This document shows positions 1-10,910 of a stretch of DNA of 64,000 bases, one piece after another. A program made the translations under genes and the position numbers. Where the stretch lies: contig CBFFRQ010000013.1 of the NCBI GenBank assembly GCA_965644315.1, positions 248,001-312,000 on the forward strand, written 5' to 3'. Numbering within the stretch: the first letter of the stretch is position 1; each line of letters starts with the position of its first letter. The stretch is from Caecitellus pseudoparvulus (Eukaryota > Protista > Bigyra: Bicosoecida). The notes below the pieces were generated by a model, which saw only the letters and a list, made by a program, of their open reading frames with translations, was not told the DNA's origin and did not search any database.

Positions 1-93
1 GAGATTGTACTGCCTCACGCCTCTTTGCTGCGCTTGGGCCTGTGCCAGCTCAGCCAGTGTAACGCTCGCGAAACGCCGCGACACAACTCCACC

Positions 94-2994
94 ATGGCTG
101 GCGCATCGTTGGAGCTGAGTCTGGAGAAGCTCGTCACGATGCAGCGTAATGCTGCTACCGGAGATGAAGCTGCGGCCAAGATTTGGCAGAAATGCGTCCA
201 GACACAGACCATTCGCGACGTGGAGCTCAACGCCGAAGCGCTGGCCAGCATGTGGGACATGGTCACCAAAGCGCCTGCAAGCCAGCGTGGTGGCTTGATC
301 CACGCTGCAAATGAGCTTTCCCAGTTCCCTGAGTTTGACCGGGCCCTTGCAAACGCCTGCGTCGGCGCCCAAGTTGTGCCCTCAGTGGCACGGAGCATGG
401 TTGCGGGTGACCCACGCACAGCCAGTGCGGCTCGCCGCATGCTTGAGTGGCTGTACTCCTCTGGCGCCTCCCACCGCGTGCGAATACGCGTAGCTCTGGG
501 CGATATCCTGCGAGGCTTTGCGCTTAGCCCCTCTCCTTCATGCCATGGAGTGTTTCATGCGCTGCAGCTGCTGCGATTGGTGGTGCAAGGCATGCCGGCT
601 GGCGCGGCGACCACCGGCAAGGTGCTCGGGCACCTCGTCTCAGACCTGCTCCTGCCCCTGCACGCACCCAATGTGATGGTGGGGGAGGTGACTCCTGTTC
701 TGGGGCAGTACCACAAAGACCTCCTGCTCTGCATGCTTGCCTGCGGCAAAGTCGCACCACCCACGCTGCGGCTGGCTTTGCAAGGCATGCGCGACATTTG
801 GCCTGCTGCGTCAGATGGCCAGAGCCCTAAAGAGGTGCTGCTCATGCATGGCGTGAGCGGGCTGATCCAGGGCGCCGAGCGCGCCGGTCACGGCGAGCAG
901 GTGGACGCCGCGCTGCCTGCACTGCTGCCCCTCATCGCTGCAGGCATCCGCTCGGAGTACAGCCGCCTCACACAGGGCACTCTGGGGCTGTTCAAGGATA
1001 AGATGGTGCTGCAGGCGCTGCGCCGGAACGCCACAGCGGTGATTCGTGCTCTGGCCGCCCCTGTCCTGCGAGGCGGCAAGCGCCACTGGAACGACACCGT
1101 GAACAGCATGCGGCACAGCGCCATCCAGCACATGCTGGAGTGGGACCGCCCAACTTTCATGGCAGCTGCCCTGGAAATTGGAGGGGGGCGCATGGCCGCA
1201 GCCCCACAGGCAGCGGGTGCGGCAGGCCCCCAGCGCCCCCCCAAACCTGTGCCCCGCCCAGCAGACTCCCCCGCTGCTGCCTTAGCTGCTGTTGCGGCTG
1301 GTGGTCAGCCCCCTGTCACAGTGACGGGCGTGGCACCCTGGTCTAGCGCGGGCAGGCCAGGTGGAAAGGACCTGACCAAGTACATGGCAGTGGCGCCGAC
1401 GGCTGGGGTGGCCGCCTCCCCCCTCGGCGGGCTGGCTACAGCTCAAGACAGCATGCCGCCCCCACCCCGCCGACGGCCCGCTGGTGCAGTTCCCGATGAG
1501 GCTTCCGTCCAGGACATGATTGATAACCTCCAGCCAACAACCGGTGGAGGGGCACTGCCTGGACTGGAGCGTCTTGCAGCTGCTGCTGCGGACACCACGG
1601 CAGGGAAGGAGTCGGCCCAGGCAGCCAGCGACCCAGAGCACATGAGTGCCAAGCCGGTGGCGCTGACGACATTACGATTCCACGATCTTGTGTTTGGGAA
1701 GGAGCTGGGGCGTGGGGCTTTCTCCGTAGTGAAGTATGCCAAAGTCATCCGCAGTGGCTTCCCAACTGCCCAGTGGCCGGAGTACGCCGTGAAGACCATT
1801 GACACTGACGTGCTCAAAACCCACGACTACGAACTGCCTGTGCGCAGGGAGATTGCAGTGCTGGGGCACATGCAGCACCCCTGCATTACTCGCCTCGTTG
1901 CCAGTTTCCGCTCCGGAGGCAACGCGTACCTGGTCACCGAGTACGCCTCCAAAGGAGACCTGCACACACACATCACACGCACAGGCAGCATGTCCACTGA
2001 GAGCGCCCGATTCGTCCTAGGTGAGATCGTGGCAGCTCTCGCTGCGGTGCATGCGGCTGGCTTCGCGTTTGGGGACTTGAAGCCTGAGAACATCGTCCTC
2101 ACTGGATCCGGCCACGGCAAGCTCACAGATTTCGGTGCCGTGCGACCGCTTCCAGGTGACGCAGGGGGGCCTGCAGCTTCCATCCTTGCGACTATCCCCA
2201 GTGTCGTCGAGAGCTTGCGGGACGGGCACTGGGCTGCAGAGCTGGACCTTGCAGGGGCGACCCCCGGCGACTCCAGCGCAGCCGCCGTGGACAGCGCTGC
2301 TCAGGCGGAACCAACAGCCGCAGCAGAGGACACAAGGGTGGAAGCGACTGCGGCGTACATGGCGCCTGAACTCGTAGCGGGAGGCAGCATTTCCAAGGCG
2401 ACCGACGCTTGGGCCTTGGGGTGCACGCTGTTCTTCGCCCTCGCAGGCAAGCCGCCTGTGTGGGCAGAGGGGGAAGCAGAGATCATGTCTGCCATCGTGA
2501 AGTGGGACCCTGCCGCTCTGGGGGAGGCATTCCCGCCTGGCTTCCCGCCCCAGGCAGCCGACCTGGTCATGGCCCTGCTGCAGCGCGACCCCGCGAAGCG
2601 GCTGGGCGCCCGCGGCTTCGAGGAGATCGCGCAGCACCCATTCTTTGAGCCCTTGCATGACCTCGTACAAGGCAGAGTCGGGATGGGCTGTCTGAATGGC
2701 CTGTGGCAAGCCTCTCCCCCTGAACTAGCTGAGGGCATGGCTGCTCCGGTCGCCAATGCGAAGTGGTCCCAGCGGCAGTTCAGTCGCATGTTCAGCCCAG
2801 CCCTCGCCGACTACAGCGCAGAGGATGTTCCACAAGAAGCGGGCGCAAACCCCTGCATTGTTCCTGGCCGAGAGTTTGGCGCAGTCATCGCGGAAGGAGC
2901 GGAGGAGGCAGGAGTGTTGTTTTCCAGCGCAGGCAAGCCCGCCGCAGTGCCTCGCACAGCGACCGTCCAAGCCATGCCAGCCATCGGGGAGTGA
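94..2994 (+). CDS. Fusion of a PP2A regulatory B56 (B')-like HEAT domain (~450-1170) and an AGC/PDK1-like Ser/Thr kinase domain (~1690-2650)
   Basis: ATG at 94 in ACCATGG context. B56-like motifs LLLPLH, LGQYHKDLLLC, WP...SPKEVLL, HWNDTVN. Kinase motifs ELGRGAFSVV, YAVK, DLKPEN, DFG, YMAPE, DAWALG, HPFF. Confidence 0.85.
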   Translation: MAGASLELSLEKLVTMQRNAATGDEAAAKIWQKCVQTQTIRDVELNAEALASMWDMVTKAPASQRGGLIHAANELSQFPEFDRALANACVGAQVVPSVARSMVAGDPRTASAARRMLEWLYSSGASHRVRIRVALGDILRGFALSPSPSCHGVFHALQLLRLVVQGMPAGAATTGKVLGHLVSDLLLPLHAPNVMVGEVTPVLGQYHKDLLLCMLACGKVAPPTLRLALQGMRDIWPAASDGQSPKEVLLMHGVSGLIQGAERAGHGEQVDAALPALLPLIAAGIRSEYSRLTQGTLGLFKDKMVLQALRRNATAVIRALAAPVLRGGKRHWNDTVNSMRHSAIQHMLEWDRPTFMAAALEIGGGRMAAAPQAAGAAGPQRPPKPVPRPADSPAAALAAVAAGGQPPVTVTGVAPWSSAGRPGGKDLTKYMAVAPTAGVAASPLGGLATAQDSMPPPPRRRPAGAVPDEASVQDMIDNLQPTTGGGALPGLERLAAAAADTTAGKESAQAASDPEHMSAKPVALTTLRFHDLVFGKELGRGAFSVVKYAKVIRSGFPTAQWPEYAVKTIDTDVLKTHDYELPVRREIAVLGHMQHPCITRLVASFRSGGNAYLVTEYASKGDLHTHITRTGSMSTESARFVLGEIVAALAAVHAAGFAFGDLKPENIVLTGSGHGKLTDFGAVRPLPGDAGGPAASILATIPSVVESLRDGHWAAELDLAGATPGDSSAAAVDSAAQAEPTAAAEDTRVEATAAYMAPELVAGGSISKATDAWALGCTLFFALAGKPPVWAEGEAEIMSAIVKWDPAALGEAFPPGFPPQAADLVMALLQRDPAKRLGARGFEEIAQHPFFEPLHDLVQGRVGMGCLNGLWQASPPELAEGMAAPVANAKWSQRQFSRMFSPALADYSAEDVPQEAGANPCIVPGREFGAVIAEGAEEAGVLFSSAGKPAAVPRTATVQAMPAIGE

Positions 2995-3008
2995 ATGCAT
3001 TTCTGCCT

Positions 3009-4460
3009 TTACTCGAGCACTGGTGGAGAGATCAAGAAGGCAAGTGTGTGGACAAAGCTGCCGCCCCCGGCCGCTGCCTTCTGGCCATGCTGCGAATTGA
3101 ACAGCAGAGGAAGTGTCGGTGGCACCTCGCCTCGCACGACAGGCCCTAGCCATGCATCAGACATGTCATGCACAACAATGTGGAGGGTTGAACACGTGTC
3201 CAGGAAGTGCTGCACTGTGTCCGGGTTGCGCAGCGTTGCAGTGAGGATGAGGCGGGACTGCTCGCTGTGTGCCAACCCCTCTTCTGCCTGCACCTGCCAC
3301 ACCGCCTTCAGCACGTGCACCAGCGCCTCACACAGGTCCTCTGAATACAGTACATCAGCTGCGAGGAGCACTTGGGCTGACAGCAACTTTGCCAGGGTCG
3401 GACCGATGGCATGCAGCCACTCCAAAGGAGTGCCCGCACGCTGCAGTGCTGCCTCAGGCGTGGCACGGCGCAGCTTCTGGAGCGAAACATCAAGCCAGTT
3501 CAGGGATGCAGCACAGACAGAGGGCATGGGTGCTTCTCCAGCCGGTCTCTGGTTCAGGGTGAGGTTGTGTGCCAAGGAGTCTGTCGGCCTGCCCGGCAGG
3601 TCAGTTGCAAGAACAGCCGAGCCTGGGAACAGGTGTGCTACAATCATTGAGACAAGCCCTGTCCCTGCGCCAAGTTCCAAAATCCGCTTGTCTGTCAGTG
3701 AAGGCCATGCGGCCTCCGGTTGGAGAGCGTGCACGCCCCCCGACACAGCACAGCAGTCAGCGAGGCCGTGGGCAGCAGGCCACACCTGCTCCGCGAGGCT
3801 GGACAACTCTCGCTTCACCCGCAGCTGGCAATACAGCATTGAAGTTTCTGGGAAAACAGGCCCATTGCTGTCTTCTGGCCACGAGAACGTGGCTGCCGAG
3901 GAGGGTGTGTGCAGCATGGGCGGTGCGGTTTCGGGGGCCAGTGGCATGCTCGCGAACCCACCGCGAGCACGGAGGCTGGCAGCATGGTCGTACAACAGAC
4001 CCTGCGGAACTGACGTGACGCTGCTGGGTGGAAAGAGCTGTCCATCGTGCCCGGCGGCCGTCGCGGCCTGCAACGGCGCCGCGGCGGGGACCACAGAAGT
4101 TGGAAACAGAAAAGGCACGGCCAGGGGCGAGGTATCAGACGAGCCAGCCACGGCCAACGTGGCTGCTTTTCGGCCTGCAGCCTCCAAATCCGCTGGCAAG
4201 AACTTGTCTGATCGAGTTGCCATGGCCAGCGTGGCATGAGCAGCTTCATCCCCCAGCTCTGCACCGGGAATCTCCCCCCACCGCCTCAGAACTCGGCACA
4301 GCGTGTCTCCATCCACCCCGCCTGTGAGGCAACAGCTGGCTGCAGGTCCAAACAGGCTCTGCAGAAGGACATGCTGGGTGGGAGGGGATGTGTCCTGGAA
4401 CACCTCCTCGTGCACGGCAAAGGGCATGCACCCTAGTACCACAGCACGCTCGAGCTCCAT
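3009..4460 (-). CDS. SAM-dependent protein lysine methyltransferase, Methyltransf_16 family (METTL21/EEF2KMT-like)
   Basis: QVWPAA, motif I ILELGAGTGLVS, post-I VLATD, LNW, LLAADVLY. Confidence 0.85.
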   Translation of the reverse strand: MELERAVVLGCMPFAVHEEVFQDTSPPTQHVLLQSLFGPAASCCLTGGVDGDTLCRVLRRWGEIPGAELGDEAAHATLAMATRSDKFLPADLEAAGRKAATLAVAGSSDTSPLAVPFLFPTSVVPAAAPLQAATAAGHDGQLFPPSSVTSVPQGLLYDHAASLRARGGFASMPLAPETAPPMLHTPSSAATFSWPEDSNGPVFPETSMLYCQLRVKRELSSLAEQVWPAAHGLADCCAVSGGVHALQPEAAWPSLTDKRILELGAGTGLVSMIVAHLFPGSAVLATDLPGRPTDSLAHNLTLNQRPAGEAPMPSVCAASLNWLDVSLQKLRRATPEAALQRAGTPLEWLHAIGPTLAKLLSAQVLLAADVLYSEDLCEALVHVLKAVWQVQAEEGLAHSEQSRLILTATLRNPDTVQHFLDTCSTLHIVVHDMSDAWLGPVVRGEVPPTLPLLFNSQHGQKAAAGGGSFVHTLAFLISPPVLE

Positions 4461-4761
4461 TCTGTCCGGGAGCCTTCACCAATTTCCGCACCGACTTTCT
4501 GACACACTAGGCTGAGAACCTCCTGGTCACTCACGAACATGTAGCTTGTACAAAATGGAGCCCCCTCTCACAACGTGCACAAATCGAGGAAAACAAATTT
4601 CTCTTTTCGCAGTTTCATGTCTGCTGCCTTGCGTACAGGCACCTGTGGAGAGCGACGCCACTCTTCCAAAATCCGCAAATCGTCCACAATCGGACGGCTC
4701 GCACGTTGATCCGCAGACGAAGCTGCTGGGGGGACCCCGTTGAAGCTGTTCCGTACTTCAA

Positions 4762-5811
4762 ATGTCTGCTGGCTCTGCCCTGGCCGCGGGTCTTGTGGCC
4801 ATCGCGGCCATCCTAGTGGGCCTCGTGGCCGACCGAGCTCCAACGGCAATCGACGAGCACCCTGCGCTGAAAGAGTGGGCTTCCAACGGAAACTTCCTGA
4901 ACTACGCCGGGCACTCCTTATTTTACACATGTGATTCCACACCCGGGCAGCTTGATCGACCGGCCATCCTGCTGTTGCACGGCTTCCCGACGTCCAGCTA
5001 CGACTGGAAGGAGGTACTGCCAGCCCTCCGCCAGCGCTTCCGGGTGGTTGCGCTTGACTTCTTGGGGTTTGGACTGTCTGCCAAGCAAGCTGCAGGGCCT
5101 GTCACCATCATGTCTAGTGCGGACCAGGCCTTGGCGGTGCTGCGAGCTTGCTCCGTGCGGACCACGCACATCCTCGCTCACGACTACGGGGACTCCGTGG
5201 CGCAGGAGCTCATTTCCAGGCAGGCGCAAGGAACAGCAGAGGGCATCACCATCGAGTCCCTTGTCTTGCTGAATGGGGGCATTCTCCCCGACTTTCACCG
5301 GCCGGTCCTGACACAGACCTTGCTTGCAAACGCATGGGTGGGGCCGTGGGCTCAAGCATTGCTTGGCCGCCAGTTGTTCGGAATTGCCTTGTCTAGAGTG
5401 TTTGGGCCGAGAGCCAAGCCGTCGAAGGTTGCTCTGGACGAGTGGTGGGCACTTGTCAGCCATAATGGTGGCCGTGACCTGCCCCATGCACAGCTGCAGT
5501 ACATGGCAGAGCGCAGACAGCATGGGGAGCGGTGGAAACTGGCGCTGCAGCAGACCAACACCCCATGGTTGCTGATTGACGGCCCTGCCGATCCAGTCTC
5601 AGGAGCCCACTTGGCTGGTGCCGTCCGAGACATGCTTGCCGCCCACGACACAGCACCCACAAGGTCCGTTGTAGTCCTGCAACTTGATGTCGGGCACTAC
5701 CCTCAATGTGAGGATCCACGCGGTGTAATGAAGCACGCGGGGCACTTTTGGGACAGTGTGCTGCCCGCGAAACAGAGAGGCTCGCCAGGTGTGCCATTGG
5801 GCACATCTTGA
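4762..5811 (+). CDS. Alpha/beta hydrolase, MEST/epoxide hydrolase-like, with N-terminal signal or anchor
   Basis: LLLHGFPTSSYDW, ALDFLGFGLS, nucleophile AHDYG, DPVSG, GHYPQCEDP; hydrophobic N-terminus. Confidence 0.88.
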   Translation: MSAGSALAAGLVAIAAILVGLVADRAPTAIDEHPALKEWASNGNFLNYAGHSLFYTCDSTPGQLDRPAILLLHGFPTSSYDWKEVLPALRQRFRVVALDFLGFGLSAKQAAGPVTIMSSADQALAVLRACSVRTTHILAHDYGDSVAQELISRQAQGTAEGITIESLVLLNGGILPDFHRPVLTQTLLANAWVGPWAQALLGRQLFGIALSRVFGPRAKPSKVALDEWWALVSHNGGRDLPHAQLQYMAERRQHGERWKLALQQTNTPWLLIDGPADPVSGAHLAGAVRDMLAAHDTAPTRSVVVLQLDVGHYPQCEDPRGVMKHAGHFWDSVLPAKQRGSPGVPLGTS

Positions 5812-6133
5812 GCAACTGAGTGGCCACCGGCTCAACGCACATGCCTTGCATCCTGCCGACCTGGAGAACAAAGGCGGGTGTTCACATCCGTGGTCAATGC
5901 AGTTGATGCAATTGAGTTTCGGAGGTACATTTGCGCCTTCAAGTTGAGAAGCCACCAATTCAAAAGCGCTGCAGTGGTCTCTGCCGGTGCGGAATCCAGC
6001 AGCCTGCCGCAGAGGTGTCCAGATGACCACACGCAAAATCCACTGGAAAACTACATAGGCATTCCCTCCGTGCGGAGGGCTGTCCCCACTGCTGCCTCCA
6101 GCCGCTCCTACTTTCTCTGTCAGCTCCTCGGCA

Positions 6134-7621
6134 ATGGCAGCAGAGGGTCAACCGCCGACGCCAGCGCTCTCTGAGAAGCAGGAACAAGAGCATCAGCCAC
6201 AGGACAAGCAGGAGTCTCAGCTTGAAGCAGGTATGGGTTCCCTCCTCCGCCCTCTGCGCTTGTCACTGCTGCCAGCTCACACAGCAGGCCCTGCAGTGCA
6301 AGCGCGCCGGCGATGAAACGCAGCCTGAACGCCCCTGGGACCGCTCCGCGCAGGCACTCTCGTGTGGAAAAGCGAAGTCACCGGCAAGGATGCATGCGTA
6401 GGCCTTGCAGTTTGCCTCCAGGAAAGCATAAAACAATCGCCATTCATTCACGTCGTCGCGCCTGAAGCAACACTCACCGATGGAGGCGTCGACGTCTCTG
6501 GTCTGTACAACCTCTCTACAGCCTTCCTCCAAATGACGAGCATCCGGACTCTCGATCTGTCCGGGAACTGTCTAAGGGCCTCAGGAATGCGTGTTCTTCG
6601 GCGTGGACTTCGCCACTTGCTACAGACCTCCCTCCAAGTACTTTCTCTTAGCAGCAATGCCTTGCACAGTGGTGGCGCTCGGGTGCTGGCGGACGTGCTC
6701 TCAGCGCAGCGCCAAGACAGCACGCCCCCGGAAGGACTTTGTGGTTCCACACCGGTGCAGCGAGGCAGCGAGCACGTGGATCAAGCTGCACCTGCTCCTT
6801 ACCTCCATGAATTGAGGCTCGCAGGGAACAATCTCTGCGACTTTCAGCAGGCATCGGGTGGCGCGATTGACCTCTTCAAGGCGCTGCCACCCTTGCCAGC
6901 CCTGCGCACCCTTGACCTGAGCCAAAACCGCCTGAGCCACGCTGCCATCACAGCTCTCACACAGTGCGTTGGGGAGTGCCCCACCCTACGAGTGCTCGCC
7001 CTGAACTCGAACCGCATGCGCGGTGCAGCAGCGGTGCAGCTTGCACGTGGCCTGCGAAGGTCAAAGACCATCAGCAAACTGGAGTTGCGGTCAAATTTCA
7101 TCGACAGCCGGGGAGCAGAGGAGCTCGCCAAGAGTGTGGCAAGCGAGTCATGTGCTTTGAGAGAGCTGGACTTGCGAGACAACTTGCTTACGCACTGGGG
7201 GCGCGTGTGCTTGATTGGAGCCGTATTTCCCGGGAGCCCACAGGTGCAGGAAGCACTTCGAGACCTCGGCATCCAAGAGACCTGTTTGACCACGAGGACA
7301 AGCACGCCGCGAATGCCGATGCAGTCTGCGGCTGTGGAAGTGACCCCGCCCTGTCCGCCACCCTCGGAGAAGGACCCGGACCTGGGCGTCCAGGAAGCTG
7401 CCAGCGAGGCAAGCCACCTGTCTCGGCACATTTCCATCCCAGCACTCCCATTGGAGCCGCTGCCAGCTGCGCTTCTGCATCTCATCAAAGGCAGCGACGA
7501 TGCCTCTCCATTGCAGCTCACCTCTGATGCCGGAGACCATTCAGCTGGAACCGCTTCACAGGGAGGATTCTCGTACTTCCAAGCGCTGTCCAAAAGTAGC
7601 CGCATGCAAGTCCTGTTTTAG
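6134..7621 (+). CDS. Leucine-rich repeat protein (RNI/NLRC3-like LRRs); probable intron 6231-6353
   Basis: Repeated LxxLxLxxNxL (IRTLDLSGNCL, LQVLSLSSNAL, LRTLDLSQNRL, LRELDLRDNLL). GTATGG donor at 6231 and CAG at 6353 join the two ORFs in frame; the 5' model is tentative. Confidence 0.75.
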
Positions 7622-8760
7622 GCCAGCTTGAAGGGTGAGTCGTCTGCCCAGTTAAGGTACAGCTCCTCCAGCATCGGGCCGCCGTGTTCCCTCATGGCCT
7701 GGTCAGCAACACTGTCAGGGCAAGCGAAGACCATCTCGGTGATGGTGTTCGCCACTGCATCAATCGCAATGTGCATGTGGTAGTGTCGCCCACTGGCATT
7801 CGCATCCGAGCCTGCATGGCCGCTGGGAGTCACAAACTCCACGCCGAAGCTGTCCAGGCCATGGAACGGGGTGAAGTGCCAAGCATCAAGGATATCTGGC
7901 TGCACCACTGCCTCTGCTTCAGCCGACTGCATGACATTTCGGCGCCAGTCTCCTTTGGCGTGACTCTGCACTTGCCCTGCCGCCATGGCTGCTAGGGCTG
8001 CCTCGCTCGGCATGTTGTGTGGCATGGAAGCTTCAAGGGAAGGGTGAGTCCCCAGCGCCGCCGCGACCTTTGCGCGTGCGTCAGAGTCACCGGCGGACAC
8101 ACTATCTGCGGCTTTCAGCACCTCAGCAGCCCGCGACTGCGCCAGCGAGGCGGCATCTGGGTGCTGTGCGGTGTTCGGCCCGGCCCCAGCCGCAGCTGCT
8201 GCCTCTGCGCGCCACTGCGTCGCCCGCCTCATCAAACTCGACAGCATCCACTCTGCAACATCGGCGGGGCTCTCTCGCACAAAGAGCCCCCTTCCCAGCA
8301 GTCCCCGTGACTGAGCAATCCACAGCCCCATGCCCAGGTTGTCAGGGACTGCCCCGGGTGTTATGAAGAGCTTGTCCACAGGCGAGTACAGCAGCTCGCC
8401 CTTCCCGGCAAAGACCCGCCAGTTGTCCGGTACAAGCACTGCTGTGCGCAAAGGGGGTGGGACCCACAGCCAGCTAAATCCTGCTGGGGCAGCAGGGATA
8501 CTCTCCGGCAGCTGGCTCGCGGTGTCCTGCACCTCCACCGGCAGGTACCGCTTCGGCTCGCCGTAGGCTTCAATTTCGCCAGTGCTGCGCGTGGAACTTG
8601 CTGAGGTTGCTGCCTGCAACTTGTTGGCACGCGCGGTGTCTTTCTCTCGAGACCGCCCCGCAAAGCACCTGTGTGCTGCTGCGGAAATTGGTCCTCGCAC
8701 GGAGCCCCATTTGCTGCTTCTCAAAGCTTGCCAGAGAGGGTTCGTAGCCACACGCAGCAT
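7618..8760 (-). CDS. Hypothetical protein with mitochondrial-presequence-like N-terminus
   Basis: 380-aa ORF; Arg/Ser/Ala-rich, acid-free N-terminus (MLRVATNPLWQALRSSK...HRCFA); no family recognised. Confidence 0.6.
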   Translation of the reverse strand: MLRVATNPLWQALRSSKWGSVRGPISAAAHRCFAGRSREKDTARANKLQAATSASSTRSTGEIEAYGEPKRYLPVEVQDTASQLPESIPAAPAGFSWLWVPPPLRTAVLVPDNWRVFAGKGELLYSPVDKLFITPGAVPDNLGMGLWIAQSRGLLGRGLFVRESPADVAEWMLSSLMRRATQWRAEAAAAAGAGPNTAQHPDAASLAQSRAAEVLKAADSVSAGDSDARAKVAAALGTHPSLEASMPHNMPSEAALAAMAAGQVQSHAKGDWRRNVMQSAEAEAVVQPDILDAWHFTPFHGLDSFGVEFVTPSGHAGSDANASGRHYHMHIAIDAVANTITEMVFACPDSVADQAMREHGGPMLEELYLNWADDSPFKLA

Positions 8761-8764
8761 GTCA

Positions 8765-10750
8765 ATGGATCAGTTGGTGGGATTGCGGGGGGAGCGCTGT
8801 CTTTTGGCGAGGCCTGGTCTGCCTGGCCACTCAGCATCAACGATCAGCGGAAAATGCACTTCGCTCTCACAATCCCTGCCGAAGCTCGATCGTGCATGGC
8901 ATGATGTAGGTGTCCATCTTCACCGACGGGAGAAGACACATCTGTGTCAGGTGAAATTTTTCTGACATCGGGTCAACCCACCAGTGGCATTGCTGAGTGC
9001 AGTCTTGGCACTTCGCAGCATGGCACGCCTCGGCAACTGCTCGATTGCTGAGGCGGGCACTCTGGGTGCTTTTGTGCTGCATCTCGTCTTTTTTACACTG
9101 CTTGGTACTAGCGATGGTCAAAGTACGTGCCTCGCCGCCCTGGCACTGAGCGGCGCGAGGCTGGCACGCGTTTCGCTGGCGTTTGCAGGTAAGGCTGAAA
9201 GCGCCCAGCTGGCGGCTCATTTTGTGACGCTCATGTTCGTTGCGACCTTCCTCGGCCTGATTCTGGGCCTACTTTTCTTCGCCATTCTCTTCACGGAGGC
9301 CCGCTCTCGCGTGGTGAACGTAGCGCTCGCCGTCGCGGCTGTCCTCGTTGTGGTGTTGCTTGGCTCCCTGTACCAGCAAGGGCATGTCCTGCTCCCGACT
9401 CTTCTGCTGGTGTTGAGCTTGACGGAAATCATCAGGGTGCTGCAGCCTCACATGATGCCGCAGTACATGGAGGCAGTCCTGGACCTCATCACGTCCATGG
9501 TCTCTGACCTACCAGGGGTTGTGGGTGTGGCTGCGTGCGCTGCTGTGGCGCAGGTGCTCTACCTCGTGTTGTGGGTGCTGACATTCGGCAGCGTCCTGCG
9601 AGCACCTCTCAGCGAAGCGGCAACACTCTGGCAACTGGCCTACCTCTTCCTCTCACTTCGCTGGACTCTCGGCACCGTGCACGGGGTGGTGCACGGCGTC
9701 TCCGGTGCAGCCATGCGGCACTGGCTCCAGGACAAAGCGAATGCTGCTGCTGTCAGCGAGGCTGCAGCGGAAGCCCACGGCCAAGTGACGTCTACTTCGC
9801 ACGTTCCTGCGGCTGACGACGCGGAGTTTGGCCTGGGAAGCCCGCAATCCCCGCCGCCCAGTGCAGCCGCATCGCCACCGGGCGCCACTGGCCACATGCC
9901 TGAGGGGACAGAAGACTCGCCTGTGCCCCCGGCGGAACCCCAGGTGCTTGCTAGTGAAATAGATGCCGATGCGCCCTGGGAGAGCATGGGTGCGGCCCAT
10001 GTGGGCTCAGCTGGGACTGCCATGGCGGGGGGAGCGTCCCACATGCCACTCTCTGCAGAAGCTGAGGCGTCTCGCACGGAGGGGGTGCAGCTGCCCTTCC
10101 AGCTGGCGGCCAGAGCTGCAACCCTCTCGCTTGCCTCCTTGTCTCTAGGCAGTCTCCTGGGGCTGGTGAGCCCGGTCATGTGGCCCCTGCTGCGATGTGG
10201 CAGGCTGATGGGGCACCGGTGTGGTTGGGCGGCTGGGCGACGGCTCGGCAATGGCGCGGCGGCAGGGGCCGAGGCCGTGCTCATGCGAAGCCACAAGTAC
10301 ACCTTGGTGAATGTGGTGTGGGGGCAAGAGTCATGGGCGTCAGCTGCGCGCCAACTGTGGCGAGAGTTCGTCATGCGCGGCTCCGAGGCAGTGGTCACAC
10401 ATGACTACACTGACCGCTTCATGCTGCACGTGTGCGTTTTGGGGGGCGCCATGGTCACTTGCTTGACGGGGGTTGGCTTTATCTACGGGCCTACATTCAT
10501 CAGCCTCCTCTTGGCAGTGTTCTGGCTGGGTTTTGCTGGTGTAGCGCTGTTCATGGGAGTCGTGGAAGGGGCGGACGCGGGCTTGGTTGTTGCGTTCACG
10601 CAAGCTCCTGAGGTCATCTCCACAGCACACTGGACCTTGTACCATCGCTATGTGCGACTTGCAGAGACACAGGTCTTGCGGCGAGGGCCAGTTCCAGGGT
10701 CTGAAGCGGCGCCGCAGGCTGTCGGAGCTGATCGTCAAGTCGCTCCGTGA
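8765..10750 (+). CDS. Choline transporter-like (CTL/SLC44/PNS1) multi-pass membrane protein; probable intron 8910-8984
   Basis: About 9-10 hydrophobic segments; YLFLSLRWT...VVHGVSG, SLASLSLGSLL, HKYTLVNVVWGQESWASAA, VVEGADAGLVVAFTQAPE resemble the CTL C-terminal core. An upstream in-frame DRAWHD segment is linked by a GT..CAG intron; start uncertain. Confidence 0.65.
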
Positions 10751-10910
10751 TCGCCCTAGCACTGCGTGCTGCGTGCCCAGCTACGCTCAAAACACTCCGC
10801 CTCGAGCAAGTCTTGCAAGTTTCAGTGACTGCGGTCAGTGCTGTCTCCGAGGGCGGGGTGACCTGCATGTGTGTTGAGCGCTCGTGAGCGGTGCGCGCAG
10901 GGTAGGCAGC

